DNA of 49,563 bases from Acidobacteriota bacterium (GTDB lineage: Bacteria > Acidobacteriota > Vicinamibacteria > Vicinamibacterales > JAFNAJ01): positions 1 through 49,563 of the forward strand of contig JAEUQQ010000397.1 of the NCBI GenBank assembly GCA_016789685.1, read 5' to 3'. Position 1 is the first letter of the stretch; each line of letters starts with the position of its first letter. The translations under genes and the position numbers were made by a program. Positions 46,507 through 49,563 of the stretch are shown here, piece by piece. Below the pieces are notes generated by a model, which worked only from the letters and a program-made list of their open reading frames with translations, was not told the DNA's origin and searched no databases.

Positions 46507-48063
46507 TTACGCCCGTCCGTCAGGCGGACTGCCGTCGCGTTCGGGCGGCCCCGACGACCTGAACATCTCGCCGAGTCGCGTGCGCTCCTCGTCGAAGGTG
46601 TAGGTGGGCGTGCCCGTGAGAATGCCGTGCACCCCGCGGAACGGCGCGCGCACGTGCAGGCCGCTGTCGTCGATGAAGTACTCGCGGATGCCCTTGTCAT
46701 GGAACGTGCCGCGCATCTTCAGGACGGTGAGGCCACGGCGCATCTCGCCGTGCAGCTCGACGTAGCGCAGCAGGATGATCGTGTCGGTGATCGTCGAGAT
46801 GTGCGTCTCGGTGATCGACTCGCCGCCCGTGATCATCGAGGTCGTGTTGGTGAACAACCCGGTGATCTCGAGGTGCTTGATCGTGCTCGTGAGGGCGATG
46901 ACGAACTCGCGGAACGACTTGGGAGTCGAGACGCGCTCGAACGCCGACATGCTGTCGACCGCCACGCGCTTCGGCGCGAACGCGATGATGTCGCGCTTCA
47001 TCTGGAGCAGGTGATCCTCGAGGCCCATCACCTCGGGGTAGCGGCACACGATGCGCAGCAACCCGTCACGCTCGGCCTGCTCGAAGTCGACGCCCCACGA
47101 AGCCGCGTTGCGCGTGAGCTGCTCGCGGCTCTCCTCGGCCCCGAACAGCAGCGCGCGCTCGCCGGCCTCGATCGCGGCCTTCACGTACTGCGCGACCATG
47201 AGCGTCTTGCCGGTCCCCGTGGCGCCGCTGACCAGGATGATCGAGTCGCGGTACATCCCGCCGCCGCACATCTTGTCGAGTTCCGCGACGCCAGACGACA
47301 CGCGGATGACCGACGACTTCTGCTTGAGCTCGATCGCCGACAGCGGGATGATCGTCACGCCGTCTTCGGTGTCGATCGAGAAGGGGTACTCGCCCTTGTG
47401 GTGCGTCGCGCCGCGGAATTTCAGGATCTCGACCGTCCGCCGGCGCTTCTCCTGCTCGAGCCGGTTGCGCAGCAGGATGACGTTGTCGGCGACGAACTCC
47501 TCGACGCCCCACCGGCCGACGCCGCCTTCCTCGTCGGTCCGCTCCATCGTCACGAGCGTCGTGACGCCCAGCGTGCGCAGGCCCGCGGCGATGCGGTGCA
47601 GTTCGCGGCGGACGACGTTGGCGTCGGTGAACTGCGGGAACAGCGCGCCAATCGCGTCGAGGATGACCCGCTTGGCACCGACCGAGCGGATGCCGTTCTC
47701 GATGCGGGCGAGCAGGGCCGAGAGGTCGTACGGCCCGGCCGCGATGGTCTCTTCGCCGGGTTCCGGCGTGGCATCGACGACGGCGATCTTCTTCTCGGCG
47801 AGCAGGCCCTCGAGATCCCACCCGAACGACCGCACGTTCTGCATCAGGTCGCCCGGCGATTCCTCGAACGTCACGAACACGCCGTTCTCGCCGAAGTCGC
47901 GAACGCCCGCGAGCAGGAACTGCAGGGCCATGACCGTCTTGCCGCTGCCCGCGGTGCCCGAGAGCAGCGTGCTGCGGCCCTTGGGGATGCCCCCGTTCGC
48001 GATCTGGTCGAACCCGATGATGCCCGTGGCGAGTTTCGGAAGTTCCTGCGGAAGGTGCATCAC
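46507..48063 (-). CDS. kaiC: Circadian clock protein KaiC homolog (double RecA-like ATPase)
   Basis: 518-aa ORF. Walker A motifs are GTAGSGKT (CI) and GATGTGKT (CII). Catalytic Glu pairs are TFEESP and [34 protein letters not shown]...[13 protein letters not shown] matches the phosphosite segment of cyanobacterial KaiC. The start is GTG 48063 or ATG 48060 (GTGATG), overlapping the kaiB stop. Confidence 0.95.
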   Translation of the reverse strand: MMHLPQELPKLATGIIGFDQIANGGIPKGRSTLLSGTAGSGKTVMALQFLLAGVRDFGENGVFVTFEESPGDLMQNVRSFGWDLEGLLAEKKIAVVDATPEPGEETIAAGPYDLSALLARIENGIRSVGAKRVILDAIGALFPQFTDANVVRRELHRIAAGLRTLGVTTLVTMERTDEEGGVGRWGVEEFVADNVILLRNRLEQEKRRRTVEILKFRGATHHKGEYPFSIDTEDGVTIIPLSAIELKQKSSVIRVSSGVAELDKMCGGGMYRDSIILVSGATGTGKTLMVAQYVKAAIEAGERALLFGAEESREQLTRNAASWGVDFEQAERDGLLRIVCRYPEVMGLEDHLLQMKRDIIAFAPKRVAVDSMSAFERVSTPKSFREFVIALTSTIKHLEITGLFTNTTSMITGGESITETHISTITDTIILLRYVELHGEMRRGLTVLKMRGTFHDKGIREYFIDDSGLHVRAPFRGVHGILTGTPTYTFDEERTRLGEMFRSSGPPERDGSPPDGRA

Positions 48064-48353
48064 GCCCGCTTCCCCTTTTCGAGTAGTTCGAGATCGAGTC
48101 CGAGCAGGACCTTCTCCCGGTCGCTGAGGTCGCCGATGATCTTCCGCACCGGCTCCGGCAGGCGTTTGACCAGCGTTGGCGTCGCGAGGATCTTCTCGTT
48201 CTCGGCCAGGGCGGGATGCTCGAGCACGTCGATCACGTCCACGTCGTACAGGCCCTGCAACTCCGCGTCGCAGATCGCGCGCAGGTTGTCGATCGCCCGT
48301 TGTGAATGTGTCGTGCGTCCCGTGATGTAGAGGCGTAGCTTGAACTTCGTCAT
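48060..48353 (-). CDS. kaiB: Circadian clock protein KaiB homolog
   Basis: Track ORF 48060..48362 has a GTG start. I prefer ATG 48353 ([12 protein letters not shown]), which has GGGAG 8 nt upstream. The sequence LRLYITGRT...[49 protein letters not shown] is highly KaiB-like. Confidence 0.93.
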   Translation of the reverse strand: MTKFKLRLYITGRTTHSQRAIDNLRAICDAELQGLYDVDVIDVLEHPALAENEKILATPTLVKRLPEPVRKIIGDLSDREKVLLGLDLELLEKGKRA

Positions 48354-48365
48354 GGTCGGCACTCC

Positions 48366-49184
48366 CTAGGCACGCCGTCGGCGCTGCCCGACGCGATAGT
48401 AGTCGACGAGCAGGCCCATCATTTCGAGCGCCAGCAGCCTCGCCTCGAACACGATCGACCGGGAGTGGGGATCTGGCTGGATGGCGATGGCGCGGTCGAG
48501 CGCCGCGACGTGGAGGTCGAGCAGGTCGCGCGGGCCGCCGCCCGCATCGCCCAGGTCGGTGGCGATGCGCTCCATGTCGACGCGCGCGGCGGTCACGGTG
48601 TCGCTCCGGCGCTGCAGGTACGGCTCGAGCAGGAGGCCGTAGGCCCTGACGAGATGCTCGAACACCTCGGGATGCCGCACCGACACGGCGCCGGACCCTG
48701 CCAGCGCCGCCGTCACCGTCGTGGCCTGCGCGCTCGACGACAGCGCGCGGTAGCGCTCGAGGGATCGCTGCAGTTCGTGCAGTTGCGCTTCGCGGATCCG
48801 CGTGATGGCGTACCCGATCGCGCGCTGCAGCGTGTGGGCGCGGGCCTCGGCCTTGGCCAGGTAGTCTTGCGCGCCCGCGTCGATGCAGGCCAGCGCCAGT
48901 TGTTCGTCGTCGCTGCCGGTCAGGACCACGATGGGAACCTGGCTCGCGGTCTCGCGCAAGATGCGCACACCATCGAGCCCCTGGCTGTCTTCGAGTCGCA
49001 GGTCGAGCACCACCACGTCGACCGGTTCGGTGCGCAGCGTGTCGATCGCGTCGGCGAGCCTGGGAACGTGGACGACCTGGTAGCGTTCAGGGTCGGCCTG
49101 ATCGAACATCTCGGTCACCAGGAGCGCGTCGCCGGGATTGTCTTCGACGAGAAGCACGCGCGTCGTGGTGATCGGCGTTGTCAT
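48366..49184 (-). CDS. Response-regulator receiver fused to a helical C-terminal domain resembling the KaiA C-domain (KaiA3-like architecture); an RsbU_N-like bundle is the alternative
   Basis: 272-aa ORF ending 3 nt upstream of the kaiB ORF. The receiver is LLVEDNPGD, VVVLDLRLED, VVLTGS, DYLAK. The C-terminal 110 aa, AYGLLLEPYL...RDLLDLHVAALDRA...VFEARLLALEMMGLLVDYYRV, aligns by eye with the remembered KaiA C-terminus. Confidence 0.8.
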   Translation of the reverse strand: MTTPITTTRVLLVEDNPGDALLVTEMFDQADPERYQVVHVPRLADAIDTLRTEPVDVVVLDLRLEDSQGLDGVRILRETASQVPIVVLTGSDDEQLALACIDAGAQDYLAKAEARAHTLQRAIGYAITRIREAQLHELQRSLERYRALSSSAQATTVTAALAGSGAVSVRHPEVFEHLVRAYGLLLEPYLQRRSDTVTAARVDMERIATDLGDAGGGPRDLLDLHVAALDRAIAIQPDPHSRSIVFEARLLALEMMGLLVDYYRVGQRRRRA

Positions 49185-49467
49185 ACGGCGCCGTCTGGCC
49201 GCGAGCCGGCGAGCGGTCGTTCACGCCACGAAGATGGCAGGGAGCCTCGGCCACGGCCGGCGCCCGGGGGGCGGGCGCGAACGGGAACGATCGGCACTGG
49301 GGTCGGCCGGGCTGAGGCTGGGGGCATGGCGCGAACGCGAGTCCTGCCCAAGAGTCTCGACCTCATGCGTGCTGGTGGCTAGTCAGCCAGATTCGCGAGC
49401 GTGTCAGGATTTTCCCTACACGGCGCCCCCCCGTGCCGCGACGGCCGGCACACGACCGCCTGCGGCC

Positions 49468-49563
49468 TCAGTCGACAAGCCCGTTCTGCATGCTGTACCG
49501 CGCAATCTCGACATGGCTCGTCAGCCCGGTCTTCTCGCGGATGCGCGCGAGGTAGGTGGCGAC
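49468..49563 (-). CDS. LuxR/GerE-type HTH C-terminus, probably a NarL-family response regulator (5' part lies outside the window)
   Basis: My minus-strand translation from the window edge gives VATYLARIREKTGLTSHVEIARYSMQNGLVD, then a stop (TGA at 49468-49470). This is typical of the end of a GerE helix-turn-helix. Confidence 0.6.
   Translation of the reverse strand, partial: VATYLARIREKTGLTSHVEIARYSMQNGLVD

Noticed and set aside
44707-48330. 1207-aa plus-strand ORF spanning the kai region
   Set aside because: It is antisense to the KaiC, KaiB and GGDEF-EAL genes, which carry textbook motifs. Its sequence is low-complexity and rich in Ser, Arg, Pro and Ala. It is a high-GC open-frame artefact.
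49185-49467. 283-nt gap upstream of the kai operon as a possible tRNA, sRNA or riboswitch
   Set aside because: I could find no tRNA-like T-loop or anticodon architecture, no convincing promoter hexamers and no conserved-looking structure by eye. It is probably just the operon's promoter region, which cannot be resolved without data.

Overview
High-GC (about 70% by eye), gene-dense chromosomal window. I support 37 CDS, two of them cut by the window edges. I saw no rRNA, tRNA, CRISPR array, transposase or integrase. Marker families (a TIGR03436-type VWFA protein, a PEP-CTERM protein, an ECF sigma factor paired with a Ser/Thr kinase) suggest an Acidobacteria-like host; this is inference. The left 19 kb holds metabolic and transport genes (pfk, aroG, PLP decarboxylase, ggt, MFS, MATE, PolB). 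It is punctuated by 8 copies of a 43-nt GGGGTCAC...TGACCCC REP/REPIN-like element at 5 intergenic loci. The middle is rich in signalling genes: two hybrid histidine kinases, an HD-GYP pair, a DAC-like protein, two ECF sigma modules, MarR-YceI and a WD40 protein. The most interesting locus is a tightly packed minus-strand operon at 43915-49184. It encodes a receiver + KaiA-like helical protein, KaiB, KaiC, a PAS-GGDEF-EAL protein and a REC-PAS protein. This is a candidate complete KaiA/B/C-type timing module hard-wired to c-di-GMP turnover in a non-cyanobacterial-looking genome. Next to it, in convergent orientation, is an overlapping HipA-like kinase / DUF3037 / methyltransferase cassette of unknown function. 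All family calls come from reading the translated ORFs by eye. No database search was run.
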